The notes under the pieces were generated by a model that ran no database searches, was not told the DNA's origin, and worked only from the letters and a program-made list of their open reading frames with translations. Shown here piece by piece: positions 50,650 to 64,000 of a DNA stretch of 64,000 nucleotides. The stretch spans positions 84,816,001 through 84,880,000 of the forward strand of contig OX597821.1 of the NCBI GenBank assembly GCA_951406725.2, in the 5' to 3' direction. How positions within the stretch are numbered: the first letter of the stretch is position 1; every line of letters starts with the position of its first letter. The DNA comes from Octopus vulgaris (lineage: Eukaryota). The position numbers and the translations under genes were made by a program.

Positions 50650-52430
50650 GTGCTACTTTGTGTCTATCGATGTAGAGCAGGTTTCTAAGTGATTTATGTA
50701 GGTTTGAAGGAACTGTGCAACAGCCCCAGGTGGATAGTTGAAGAATGTGTGATGTCATCTGCGCAGGAAGCTGTCTGCATGTCTTGTGTTGGTGTGAAAA
50801 GTTTATGTAAGTATACATTGAATAAGAATGGGTAAGAGGACAGATCTGTGTAGTACACTATTTGAAAAATGCAGTTTCCGGAAGGGTTGTTCTTATTCAC
50901 TACACAAGCCTGGCAAGTTTGGTAGCTAACATTTTTGATGATTTTCTTGAGGTGAAGCTGAATAATTTTGCTATAAAAGGATAGCAGGAAAATAGTCGAA
51001 AGTTTTGCTAATATCGATGCTAATTAGAATGGTACGAGTGGAAACATTGTTAAAGCTTTTGCATATTTTCTGTATTAGTGTTGTCAAGTATTATGGTAGA
51101 ATGAAGTGGTCTGGATCTGAGCGGAAATAAAAATGGGGTTAATGATTAGCCGGTCTAGAAATTTCTAGTATGAATATAGGAAGGGATTGGCATAATAATT
51201 TACTTGAGTTTTAGATACACTTTAAAATAGCTATAATTGTCTCTCGTTTCCAAATTTTGGAATTTCGAGTGTTGGTACTAGTAGTTGTAAATATTGCTGG
51301 GTGAAGTGATTTCTTGAGAGCCTGTATGATTTAAATGTTATGTTAGTGATTTTATTGGGCCTGTGGTTTTAGAGGTTTTAAATTTCTCTATTGCCTTTTA
51401 AGCGCCTGATGAACGGAAGGGCTTTAAAATCGTGCGTATTTTTCGTTCTGTGCCACCGTTTCCTTTTGATTCTTAGTCGTTGATTTTCGTCAAATGCCTG
51501 ATAAGTGAAATTGCCTAATGGTGCAGTGTGGCTATATTATTTGAAGTTTCTTACTGTGACTTAGGATGTGGTATCACTGCTGTGTTTGTTGTGGGTGATG
51601 CTAATTACTCTACTTTGCATATATTGGATACAAATGTTTTCCAGTTTTCTTTTATTTTTTTTTGCGCGTGGTTAATTTTATATTATTCTATTCTTTAGTT
51701 GTTTGATGCTGAGATTTATTTTTGCTGTGTGTGTGTTTTCGGCGAATAGTGTTTGATGCTGTCTCTTATTTTCATGAGGTTGCCTATTTCTGGTGCGTCA
51801 TTGAGGTTATAGGTTTTTATGTTGCTTCATAGAATGTAATTTCTGAATGCGTCCACAATTATTTTGTTGCATATATATCTTGCTGTGTCTATGCTGGTGA
51901 TTCTGGAGTTGTTAGATTCTGATAACCTCGATTCTCTTTCTTGGTGGAGTTCATTGTAATGATAAGTAGTAGGTGGTCCGGGAAAGTTGAGTGATTGCTT
52001 GTCATGTGGTTCTCGTAGTTAGGGCGTGCGGAGCAGAGACTGATGTCTGTGAAAGATTTATTGCTGATGACTGGTGAGATGTATGTTTGTTTGCGTGTAA
52101 TGTTTAGGGCAGACAATTTTCGAGAAGAGGGCCGCATGAGACATAGCTTATCATCAGGCGGGGCCGCATCACTACAAAAAATATTCAAGGTAATTTTTCG
52201 TTAGGCATGCCTCTCAGAAAGTCCCACGGGCCGCTGTTTGCTCATGGCTGGTTTAGTGTGTAAAAGAAAAAAGTTTTGCTGTGGGGCTATTAAGCTACCT
52301 TTTTGCTATCTAAAGTATTTGAAAACCGTGAGTTGAGTGCATCGAATTCTCTCCTTATGATGGTGTTTGTAAGAGTGTTAAAATGCTATAGCTGGAGTGT
52401 GTAGTCTGTGAACCGTTGGTCACAGTACAC
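50650..52430 (-). mobile_element. Decayed APE-RT LINE (Jockey/I-group-like)
   Basis: In minus-strand order: TDISLCS and PDHLLLII (endonuclease end), TGPNKI, LISIDISKT, PFLFNVYL, ADDIT. Confidence 0.7.
52105..52250. mobile_element. Short hAT-type MITE inserted in the LINE relic
   Basis: Repeated gggccgc subterminal motifs, right end gtttgctcatggctg, gtttag on both flanks. Confidence 0.5.
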
Positions 52431-53460
52431 ACACTCTAGTGGTGTATATATATATGTTTATATACATACATGTGTGTGCATGTTCATTATTTTAGTGCGC
52501 ATCATGTACTGGTTCTTATTTCGAAAGCCTTCATTTATTGAGCAATTTTATTTCTTGAATAACTGTGAATACTATTTCTGATATCTTTGTTTTGAATATA
52601 TTGAATGCTTCATTTTTATGTATGCTATAAGACCACTTCTATTGTATAAAGATCCGTCAAGTCTGAGTTGAGTATAATTTAAAATGCTGGTTTTCTATAT
52701 CCTAATAAAATATTTTTAAAAAATCTTTCCTGATTTATTGTTATGTGAATGGTACGTGCGATGATAAACTCTTTAAGCTCCATAAAGTAGTTTTTAATGG
52801 CATTGAATGCTGTACTGCAAAATGTAGAATTTGTTTACGTGCCACATTAATACGGTATTTTTTGTGAATGAAGCGTCTATCTGTAAACATATTCGGTGCC
52901 AGCCTGTGACGTTGGGAAGAAAGATAGCAGTATTTCCCGGTTTTATTGTCGTGGTTGCTGTCATTATCATTGGACATATTGTTATTGTACAAAATGTCAT
53001 TGTTAGTGTGGATATAAACGTAGCTTATATTAGTGGAACTTCGTTGAACCTTTGTTGGAATATCTCGGTGAACTTATATGGAGTGACAACGTATCATACA
53101 ATTTCTATTCTTAGGTAAAATTAACCAAAAAAAAAAAAAGTTACTCATTGATAAATCTGTCTTCTTAAAGTAGGATCAATGACTACACCCGCCGAAAACA
53201 GTTGAAACCATACTTATAAATTTAAAAGTTCTGAGTAATTTAACAAGTAAATTACCAGTAGAAAAATCCAACTTTACATTGCGCGTTGACACCTCTAAAT
53301 ATTATGAGGTAAGAGAACCATTTAAAAAGACATCATCGCTCGATAATGAAATTGTTATATTAACGTTTTAGAGGCAGAAAGATATACTGAAAAATATGAT
53401 CCTAGACATTCTCCCTGAATACAAGACAGGAACAACTTGAAAGCTCAGACTTGACCTGAG

Positions 53461-54009
53461 GTTAGTTAGTTAATTTTTTGGCTCAAAAAGCAAAAGCAAG
53501 GCCATGTAGGGGGACATGGAGTTATGTACAGGGTGGTGTTCATGTAAAGAGTTCAGGCCACTTGTGGTCAAGGGAGACTTTGAACCGAGCGATCGTCGGC
53601 ATCTTCACCATCTCGTCCGGCAGCTTATTCCACGGATCCGCAACCCAGACGGAGAAAGCCCCTCTCCTTCGATTGAGATGAAATCGTCGCAGACAGAGCT
53701 TTTCGGAATGACCCCGCAGCCGACGCTCTGGAGCAGGAGTGAAGAACAGCTCTTTCGAGAGGTTACACTTTCCGCTTATGATGTTGTGAGCAAGAATGAG
53801 ATCACCACGGCGTCGTCGTTTTTCAAGAGAATAAAGGTCGAGCTTCTTCAGCCTTTCTTCATAAGACAAATTCTTGAGACCAAGAACCATGCGGGTAGCC
53901 AGCTTCTGGACTCTTTCGAGATGCTGTATGTCTTTGAGGAGATAAGGAGAAGAGGCTTGAATCCCGTACTCCAATATGGGTCTCACCAGCGTGACATAGA
54001 GGTTAAACA
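53461..54009 (-). mobile_element. CR1-clade LINE, 3' end
   Basis: LYVTLVRPILEYG...LERVQKLATRMV..L..LSYEERLKKL.LYSLEKRRRRGDLI...LRGH...WNKLP. Ends in a (ctaa)n tail. Confidence 0.92.
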
Positions 54010-54285
54010 ACTACAGCAACCATTTAGTAAAGATGAACATTGTACATTTGAAGCACATTTAAATAACTGAATTAATAAAAAAAAAACTTGAAAATAAGCG
54101 CAAACAACGTTGGAAACATCGGAAAATACACGTGTGTGGAAAATTTCTATGATGACAATCCACCGACAACAAATTCACTGACCAACAATAAGCCTTCTTT
54201 AGAGACGCAAATATCACGATTGTGTTAAAGTAGCAAAAAAAGAAACTTATTAGAACTACAAACTTTACGAGTCTGTTGTTATATA

Positions 54286-54678
54286 CTCTACTCTTTTACT
54301 TGTTTCAGTCATTTGACTGCGGCCATGCTGGAGCACCACCTTTAATCGAGCAACTCGACACCGGGACTTATTCTTTGTAAGCCCAGTACTTATTCTATCG
54401 GTCTCTTTTGCCGAACCGCTAAGTAACGGGGACATAAACACACCAGCATCGGTTGTCAAGTGATGTTGGGGGGACAAACACAGACACACAAACACACGCA
54501 CATATATATATACATATATACGACGGGCTTCTTTCAGTTTCCGTCTACCAAATCCACTCACAAGGCATTGGTCGGCCCGGGGCTATAGCAGAAGACACTT
54601 GCCCAAGGTGCCACGCAGTGGGACTGAACCCGGAACCATGTGGTTGGTAAGCAAGCTACTTACCACACAGCCACTCCA
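54286..54678 (-). mobile_element. SINE family A, full length
   Basis: Reverse-complement copy. Confidence 0.9.
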
Positions 54679-54907
54679 TATATTTACGCAGTTAGAAATT
54701 CCTTCTAAAGCTAGTTTTCATATTATTTAAAATACTTTGGAAATTACAGTATTTACATCTTGAGTTTTTAATGAAATCATGAATTAATAATTTACTATAT
54801 GTTAATATCTTAATCTGCAATTACTTGTAGGTTGATTTCCTTATTAGTGATTCTTTAGGTAGTAAATTACATTACGACCTTGAGGGATGTAAATAGATAC
54901 CAAAATA

Positions 54908-55295
54908 AATGGAAGCACTCCGTCGGTTACGACGACGAGGGTTCCGGTTGATCCGAATCAACGGAACAGCCTGCTCGTGAAATTAGCGTGTAAGTGGCTG
55001 AGCACTCCACAGACACGTGTACCCTTAACGTAGTTCTCGGGGATATTCAGCGTGACACAGAGAGTGACATGGCCGGCCCTTTGAAATACAGGTACAACAG
55101 AAACAGGAAGAAAGAGTGAGAGTAAGTTGTGGTGAAAGAGTACAGCAGGGATCACCACCATCCCTGCCGGAGCCTCGTGAAGCTTTTTAGGTGTTTTCGC
55201 TCAATAAACACTCACAACGCCCAGTCTGGGAATCGAAACCGCGATCCCACGACCGCGAGTCCGCTGCCCTAACCACTGGGCCATTGCGCCTCCAC
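54908..55295 (-). mobile_element. SINE family C, tail variant 3
   Basis: Same head as 47110-47411 with a different 3' ~190 bp. A tail fragment also occurs at 6394-6435. Confidence 0.85.
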
Positions 55296-55879
55296 ATCAA
55301 AATAAATACCAATCTATTGATTGTAGACATCGATACAAAGCAGCAAATGTGGTCTCGGGGTGAATTACTGTTGGTGATGGATTTTCCTGTTGGAAACCTC
55401 GGTAGTCCAATGATCGGTTGGCTTTTACGCATGAATAAGAATATAAGGGTACCGGAATCTTTCAATATTTGACTAATTAACTGGAAGAGAGTCGTTGTTT
55501 CTTCCCCATAGGCATTAAATTACTAGTACCTGATAAAAAGTAAAAAAATGTAAAATACTTATCACCAAATAACATAGAATGGAGACAGGGTAATAAATTG
55601 AGAGGAGCCTGAGGTGGATAATTTATATCACCCGCGTTCACAAGATCTTAATTGTATATCTTCCAACATAAAATCTGATAGAAACGATTAAAGCTTTGGA
55701 AAGAATGATTTAGTACTCAACAGGTTTGTACATTTGGTTTACTAATCGATCAGCCTGTGGATCGAACCTCAATGTACAGCGGATGCAACTTGTCGATCCA
55801 TCTGAAACGCGAGTAATTGAATTAAATATCAAATAATGAAAATGCTGCTTCATTCTTTATTTCTTCACTATACGTGCAT

Positions 55880-55945
<66 letters not shown>

Positions 55946-55960
55946 GCACACACACACACG

Positions 55961-56040
<80 letters not shown>

Positions 56041-56046
<6 letters not shown>

Positions 56047-56230
56047 TAATCCAAACAAAAAAACACAAAGAGAAAACACAACAACGCGAGGACGTGGAAC
56101 AAATATAGTGTTATTAGACGCTCAGGAAAGAAGGAAAGAAGGAGGGTTTAACGTTTCGAGCGGAGCTCTTCGTCGGAAACATAGGAGAAGGAAAGATCCA
56201 GAAAAGGGAAGACAGAGGGAAAAAAATCAC
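56041..56230 (-). mobile_element. Short PLE-terminus-like element with hammerhead-like motif
   Basis: Minus strand ttt-ccgacga-agagctccgctc-gaaa-cgtta-aa. Homologous to 40200-40340. Confidence 0.6.
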
Positions 56231-56361
56231 CAACGGTACACACAATCGCGCGCACACTTAATACACGTACACAGAGACACACATATACAGTCGTCTCTTC
56301 CACATGTATTGAATAGTTTAAGTGCGTAGTTAATGCACACATTTATTAATATATTGTAACA

Positions 56362-56787
56362 TGCGTAGGAGTGGCTGTGTGGTAAGTAGCTTGTTTACCA
56401 ACCACATGGTTCTGGGTTCAGTCCTACTGCGTGGCACCTTGGGGAAATGTCTTCTACTATAGCCTCGGGCCGAACAAAGCCTTGTGAGTGGATTTTGTAG
56501 ACGGAAACTGAAAGAAGCCCGTCGTATATATGTATATATATATATATGCGTGTGTGTGTTTGTGAGTCTGTGTTTGTCCCCCTAGTATTGCTTGACAACC
56601 GATGCTGGTGTGTTTATGTCCCCGTTACTTAGCGGTTCGGCAAAAGAGACCCATAGAATAAGTAATGGGCTTACAAAAGTATAAGTCCCGGGGTCGAGTT
56701 GCTCGATTAAAGGCGGTGCTCCAGCATGGTCGCAGTCAAATGACTGAAACAAGTAAAAGAGTAAAAAGAGTAAAAGAGTAAAGAGTA
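56362..56787 (+). mobile_element. SINE family A, full length
   Basis: Head, core and (agtaaaag)n tail. Confidence 0.9.
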
Positions 56788-57183
56788 TGCACAATATTGC
56801 ATACTAAACATTTTTATAGTGTACGTTGTATATTTGTTAACATAATTTACATTGTCTGAAACAAAGAAAATAGGCAGTATTTTTTGGAAAGCGCATTTTT
56901 GAAGTTTGTTATTGAACTATTTTTATTATGTATTGCATATTTAGTAACGTAACTTTCATTGTTTGAAACAACGAAAAGTACTGCATTTTTTGGAATCTCT
57001 CTTGTTGCAGTTTATACTGTATGTATACTCAGCGAAAAGTTCTGTTATTGTTGTCGTCGCCGTCTCTGCCCTCCCCTGACAGCTGAGCCTGTATAAATTT
57101 AAACAGCCTTATATAATTTATACCTTATCCTTGTAGGTATTTGTATACACATATAATTGGTATATCTAAAGAAAACTCAATTG

Positions 57184-57572
57184 CAGGGCCGGATTAAGAC
57201 CCATAGATGCTCTAAGCACTTAAAAGATTTGGTGTCCCTATATATATGTAATTCAAAATATAAACAATAATAAACTATAAAATAAATTCTTATTTTTCAA
57301 AACGAAACGAAACTATTTGTAAGATGGAAAATAACATTTATTTTTGTATTCTTCCCCTTTATATTTATCTTTGAAAAGTTTTCTACTTGTTTATTTGCAG
57401 AAAACACTTCGAAATTATATTTCCGATCATATAAGCCACTTCGAATATTATTTTAACAAGTTTAAAGAGAATTTTTGTGCCGTAAACGATTTACCATTTC
57501 TGTTGTGTTCTCTTTCCTTCCCTTGTTGCCCTAAGCACGTGCTTATTTTGCTTAATGGTGAATCCAGAGCTG
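57184..57572. mobile_element. hAT-type MITE
   Basis: TIRs cagggccggatt / aatccagagctg. Imperfect 8-bp TSD ctcaattg / ctgagttg. Confidence 0.65.
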
Positions 57573-57707
57573 CTGAGTTGCGATATATAAATATCAAAAA
57601 TAGTATTCATTTCTTCGTAGAGCGTAGTTTTGATTAACGGACTTCTAAGTTAGGAAGGTCCGGCATGCTTCCACTGCGCCATTTGGTTCAACGAATGATT
57701 GAGCTAA

Positions 57708-58011
57708 TCTTTATATATAAAAGTGAAGTTGTGTGAGTGTCTGTCTCCTACGATTTAGATTCCTAACTACTCCCACATTTTGCGGTGCAGTTTAACTAAA
57801 ACCGGGTATCTTATAGTCGTGTTCATATCGAGCCCTTCTGGGTATTAGCGCGCGTCTACGATGAGTCTACGATTTAAAAAAAAATTACCATAATTTTTTC
57901 CCATTTATAATGCATTTTTTTTTTGCTATTATATAAGTGAAGTAACTCTCTAAAAATGCTTATATAGTTATTTCCCTTACAAACCCGAGCAACGCCGGGC
58001 GATACTGCTAG
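57708..58011 (+). mobile_element. Non-autonomous Helitron, short variant
   Basis: A|TC ... CTAG|T. Lacks one internal ~95-bp repeat unit. Confidence 0.9.
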
Positions 58012-58831
58012 TAAGTAATGTATTATTTCTTATATTGTCTGTTCTGGGATACATTACTTCTATTATATCATCCTTCATATTTTACTTATGTATTATTTAT
58101 TTAAAAGCATTGGATCGTGTCAAAAGGTATGAGATAGAGTAACTACAAAGTACTGATATGCAACTTTTCGGTCTGTCGACACTCTGACAGTCACATTTAA
58201 CAGACCACATGCATAGATCTACGCGTTGCAAATTTTCTGGGAGTCTCTTTATTTGCTATTTTCAGATAAGCCAGAATCAAATTAATTCCATATATGTTTT
58301 CCCAGAGGCTTGCTTACTATTTATTGAACAAAATTGTTAATATATTCAAGAGCCACAACGATCGTAAGTATATCCTAGAACCTGGAATCTTTGAATATTT
58401 CTTCATACACTTACACATAAACATTGTCATCTGTTCCATAAATAAGTAACTCGTATGTATATACTCGCATAGTTCCTGACCTCTGTCCACAAGAACAATG
58501 AAAGCTCTGTTTAGAGAGGTATTTACTAGGACATTCCACAAATATTCTTTATTTTTATAAAAACATATTCACTTTATTGTAACGGCGATGAAAAAAAAGA
58601 AGAAAATGTTAATTTATTTATCTTTACTGCGCATGTCATTGTATAGTATTACTTCTGTTAACAGCCTGTCTCATCTTGCTGACATTTTCGAACTATAATG
58701 GTTTCCAATAAATCTTGTCTCGTTTGAGTGTTTAGCGGTAACTTATCACCGACGTTATTCAGTTATTTGATGAGAGAACATTATAAGGAAAAACCGAGAA
58801 ATCCTACGATCTCATTTCGATTCGCAGTTAA

Positions 58832-59229
58832 TCTTTATATATAAAAGTGAAGTTGTGTGTCTGTCTCCTACGATTTAGATTCCTAACTACTCCCACATTT
58901 TGCGGTGCAGTTTAACCAAAACCGGGTATCTTATAGTTGTGATTCATATCGAGCCCTTCTGGGTATTAGCGCGCGTCTACGATGAGTCTACGATTTTAAA
59001 AATAATTTACCATAATTTTTTTCCATTTTAATGCATTTTTTCGCTATTATATAAGGGAAGTAACTCTCTAAAAATGTCTACGATGAGTCAACGATTAAAA
59101 AAAAAATTTACCATAATTTTTTTTTCCATTTTTAATGCTTTTTTTGCTATTTTTTGGCTATAACTCTCTAAAAATGCTTATATAGTTATTTCCCTTACAA
59201 ACCCGAGCAACGCCGGGCGATACTGCTAG
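58832..59229 (+). mobile_element. Non-autonomous Helitron
   Basis: A|TC ... hairpin ... CTAG|T. Confidence 0.9.
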
Positions 59230-59463
59230 TATTATTTATTTAACAAAGTAAATGTTTTTCTAGATATTGATACTATTAACTCATGTTAAATAGTTCCAAT
59301 TACATGTCTATATTAAATGGCAAATATTGAAATATATTGTAATTTTCAACTCTTGGTCTGACTGCCCTTGTTTGTTTGTTTGTCTTGTTTATTTGTTTGT
59401 GTGCGCGTGTGCGCGCGTGCATATGTGTGTGTGTGTGTGTGTCCACGTTCTCGTTCATACAAC

Positions 59464-59886
59464 TCTCTTTACTCTTTTACTCTTTTACTTGTTTCAGTCA
59501 TTTGACAGCGGCCATGCTGGAGCACCGCCTTTAGTCGAGCAATTCGACCCCGGGACTTATTCTTTGTAAGCCCAGTACTTATTCTATCGGTCTCTTTTGC
59601 CGAACCGCTAAGTGACGGGGACATAAACACACCAGCATCGGTTGTCAAGCAATGCTAAGAGGACAAACACACACACAAATACACACACATACACACATAT
59701 ATATATATATATACATATATACGACAGGCTTCTTTCAGTTTCCGTCTACCAAATCCACTCACAAGGCATTGGTCGGTCCGGGGCTATAGCAGAAGACACT
59801 TGCCTAAGATGCCACGCAGTGGGACTGAACCCGGAACCATGTGGTTGGTTAGCAAGCTACTTACCACACAGCCACTCCTGCGCCTA
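59464..59886 (-). mobile_element. SINE family A, full length
   Basis: Reverse-complement copy. Confidence 0.9.
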
Positions 59887-59902
59887 TAACTGTTCCAATA
59901 TA

Positions 59903-60136
59903 TATTTCTTTATTGCCCACAAGGGGCTAAACATAGAGGGGACAAACAAGGACAGACAAACGGATTAAGTCGATTACATTGACCCCAGTGTGTGAAACTG
60001 GTACTTTATTTATCGACCCCTAAAGGATGAAAGGCAAAGTCAACCTCGGCGCAATTTGAACTCAGAACGTAACGACAGACGAAATACTGCTAAGCATTTC
60101 GCTCGGCGCGCTAACGTATCTGCCAGCTCGACGCCT
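59903..60136 (-). mobile_element. SINE family B, full length with TSD
   Basis: TSD ctgttccaatata at 59890-59902 and 60140-60152. Confidence 0.9.
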
Positions 60137-60495
60137 AACCTGTTCCAATATAGCTTGTTCTATTTGTATGTAATCGTCAGCAGTAGACTGTCAATTAGAA
60201 ATCAAATATCTTTGTACCTCGTTCCTCTCCTAATGGTCTCGTCTTGAATCACATTTATTTCATGTCTGTATCTTCATTTTCTGTTCTGCATATTTGTTTA
60301 TTTAAATTGTTTGTTCTCCATCGTAATGTTTGGACTTTTGTTCGTTGCCTCACCATTTCCCGGCGGCTTCTTGCTGCCGGTGCAACCAGAGGGGAGTAAT
60401 ATTATCGTTGAAGGTGCAAAATTGCGTTTGATCCTCTGGCCGATAACTGATAAGGACATGGCGATCTTCTGTGTCTGTTTTCCGTTTTTTTGTGC

Positions 60496-60582
<87 letters not shown>

Positions 60583-60603
60583 CATACATACCTACATACA
60601 TAG

Positions 60604-60645
<42 letters not shown>

Positions 60646-60736
60646 ATACATACATACATATAAATAATATATATATGCATAGATACATAGATATATGTAC
60701 AAATTTACATCTATATGTGTATATATATATATAAAA

Positions 60737-60799
<63 letters not shown>

Positions 60800-60803
60800 T
60801 AGG

Positions 60804-60879
<76 letters not shown>

Positions 60880-61082
60880 CAGAGAGAGAGCTTTATTTCT
60901 TAATTTATTAATCTTAAAAAAGAATGGTGTCGGGCGTTGGCTTCAGCTGGCCGAAACTTCAAAGCCATTGTCAACAACATTCTTGTTTGAGAATAATAAA
61001 TTTGTCCTCTAAAGTAGTATAGAGTAACCCAGCATATTAATGTAAAATTCTTTTCATTACAACTGAACATTAAAAAAAACAC

Positions 61083-61128
<46 letters not shown>

Positions 61129-61135
61129 TGTGAGT

Positions 61136-61184
<49 letters not shown>

Positions 61185-61188
61185 CACC

Positions 61189-61237
<49 letters not shown>

Positions 61238-61337
61238 TTTTCTCTGTAAATATGCTGCGTTAGATTTCTGATGTATGTCTGATTTTAAACTTGCCGGTTT
61301 AAAAATATTGCTATACTTTTGCACATATACTGCCTCA

Positions 61338-61368
61338 TGAGATTTTATTTTCTCTGTACATACATACA

Positions 61369-61401
<33 letters not shown>

Positions 61402-61613
61402 GCATACATGCATACATACACACACATACATACATACATACATACATACATACATACATACATACATACATACATACATACATGCATGCATGCATACATA
61501 CATACATACATACATACATACATACATACATACATACATACATGCATGCATGCATACATACATACATACATACATACATACATACATACATACATACATA
61601 CATACATACATAC
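61338..61613. repeat. (TACA)n microsatellite
   Basis: Direct reading. Confidence 0.95.
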
Positions 61614-61859
61614 AATTCTAATATACTTTTAAGATGTTTATTTTAAGAGAAAAGAAAAATTATATCTAGATATGTATAAAGCATATTAAAACGTAAATTA
61701 TACTTAAAACAATTATCAATACAAGTAATAAATTAAAAAAGAAACAAGTCAGTGTTTATTGAAATGAATCATTTCAACTATAAGGAACTTTAAAAGAAAT
61801 TCTAATTTTGATTCTAATTCTAAATAAGGAACTTGTTTGCACCTAATCTGGTTATTTTT

Positions 61860-62950
61860 GAGAATAATTATCAACTTCAATTTAAAACTGTATTCAACGA
61901 TGCAGACACATTAATAATATCCCAAATTTGTGTTTTCAATATCCTCACGTTCAATGCTGAGTAAGTGCAAAAGCCGACAGTTTTATCTCAGCAACGCTTT
62001 CAAATATGATAAGATCAATTTCAACTTGCTGAAAGATCGCTCACAGTTGACTATTAAAACTGCAATAGTAAGCATTATTTGAATAGCTACTCTCAGATTT
62101 GGAGAAAAAAAAGTCTTTTCGTCTCTATACTGAATAAATAAACTTTAAGAATTCCTTTATCTTAAAAGTCTGAATCTTTAGGCGATTTTCCAGAAGCATC
62201 TTAGCAACTAAGATTTCTTTATGAAGCTCAAATCCATCTATATCAGGTGTTATGAAACTCTACAAAGTTGAGATAACCTGTCTTTCAAATCTATATTTCA
62301 TAAATGCTGTTACTCTTATTTGAATCAAATGGTAATCCTCTAATATCTATAAAAAAATATTCCTTGTTATATTTAAAATAAAAGCAGTAAAGCATATATT
62401 TCAGAAATGGTTTCTACTTTAATGGTGCTCAACAACTGTTTCAATAACATAAGACATCATTATTCATATAATTACGTAACTAAAATATACAATTAATTAA
62501 TTTAAAAGTGATGTGTTACTCATTTCATCAGGAGAAACAATGGTAATCTGGAAACCGTTATTGATATAAATCAAACGAGCGAGAGAAAGAAAGAAAGGAA
62601 AAAAAAACTGAGACGGAAATATCTTTCTTCCATTTCATTGTGGAACTTATCAATCGTTTCTTACATGATTCTCATCATTTGCTCTTTCGTTGTTAACCCC
62701 ATATTCTTGGCCTTTTCAAACATTCCTTCTTTTTTTTTTTCTAGAGTCAAAATCTCCTTCTTCCAGTATTCGGGATTGTTTGTGAACATGCAATATAATG
62801 TTCTTAGTTGCTAAAAATGTTACAGAATTTAGGATTCTATAGAGAACAGCTCACCGTTTTCCTTTTCTCTATTTATGAAATTTGAATTTCGAACGCCGAA
62901 AGAGCCAATGATTCTTCCGTTTTCTAAAAACTTCATTGGGTGAAACAACA
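61860..62950 (-). pseudogene. Decayed hAT transposase, C-terminal region
   Basis: Minus strand ~62063-61945 reads AVLIVNCERSFSKLKLILSYLK...LLSIERE, the hAT dimerisation-domain motif. Upstream extent uncertain. Confidence 0.7.
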
Positions 62951-63199
62951 TCAGTTACGATTCTTGGTCTTTTCATGAGTGCTAACACTTCCTGATGTCT
63001 TCTAATGACAAAATCCATATCTTCTAATGATAAAATCCATTTTAAAAATTTTAATGAATACTGATTGGCTTTTCGTGAAAATAGAAAACAATGAAAGCCA
63101 ACTACTGCTTTGTTCTCAAGAAAATAAACAAACTATGAGATTCAAATTCTCGATTCCCATTTCCCGGCGTTTTTGTAAACCGTCTTTCATTCATTGTTT

Positions 63200-63900
63200 G
63201 GTTCTCTTTCGGAAATGTCCCTTTACTTCGAACCCACTGTATTTAATTTTGTTTGTAGGGCTTCTTATAAAATTACATTAGTCGAGATTTTATCAAATTC
63301 AAAGAACATCATGTAGCTGAATCGCGACTAGTATGGGCTATGCTGTACATTGTATATTTTTGAAAAGTTCTAACGCCCTATAAAACTTTCAGACAAATCC
63401 CTTTTTCTACATTTCCTTCCTTAGAGCTGCTATTTCCACTCTACGACAAGACCATTTTATTCCTATTTTCACAAAAGTTCAATTTTAGTGCGGGTCTATT
63501 TTGTAGGTTTTCCGCTAATTTTCTCCAGTTCTTCCGTTGTAAAATTAACAATGAATATTGGTTTTATTCCGCGGATTTCTTTATCTAGTAATTCATCAGT
63601 GGTGGAAAGTCTAAATGCTCTTCTAAGAAGGTATTTTATCACTGATATTTTGGCTCTGTAAAGACATGCTCTGTCTCCAAATAAATATATGTATTTAGCT
63701 GTGTCTTTGGTGTAGACAGACATGATATATCTTTCTTTTCTATTCGAATATTTATTCCAACTGAGAATTTGAAATATTTCGCTAATTTCCCTTTAATTAC
63801 TCCCTTCAATAGAATTTATATTCCTCTCACCCTAATGTTACTTTTTGTACTGAGTCTCCTCATAAATAAATGTTCTGTTGTTTCCCTTAAACAAGCTTTA
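63200..63900 (-). mobile_element. Decayed Penelope-like element (RT thumb to endonuclease end)
   Basis: SVYTKDT...KISVIKYLLRRAFRLST..LLDKEI..IK.IF..N, and IL*EAL..KLN near 63270-63240. Confidence 0.65.
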
Positions 63901-64000
63901 AAACAAAGAACTCTAAATTAACATGCACACGCACACATACACACACATGCACGCACCTAGGTGTGTGTGTGTGTGTATACATATAAATATATGAGAGTGT

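Noticed and set aside
60298-60500. Short non-repetitive ORFs on both strands
   Set aside because: No splice signals or homology recognised, and the ORF length is inflated by adjacent microsatellites.

Overview
AT-rich, repeat-dominated eukaryotic non-coding DNA, most likely from an octopus (inferred from the tRNA/CORE-type SINE families, the very dense (TA)n/(TATG)n/(CA)n/(TATC)n microsatellites and a mollusc-type mitochondrial ND3 insertion). I found no confident host protein-coding exon; nearly all ORF-track entries are microsatellite or SINE translations. The window contains: a decayed NUMT (tRNA-Ile/ND3/tRNA-Ser) split by a MITE; more than 20 copies of one SINE family and two further SINE families; CR1, Tx1/L1, RTE and Jockey-type LINE fragments; five Penelope-like element (PLE) fragments; Tc1, mariner and hAT relics and MITEs; seven non-autonomous Helitrons; and about ten hammerhead-ribozyme-like motifs in PLE-type termini. 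The most unusual signal is a ~355-nt monomer family present at two loci (24978-25680 and 45270-46140). It is circularly permuted, inserted as inverted pairs, and shows compensatory base-pair changes between the loci, but carries no canonical hammerhead. It is a candidate retrozyme-like circular RNA element with an unidentified processing motif. All calls were made by eye, coordinates are approximate, and no database search was run.
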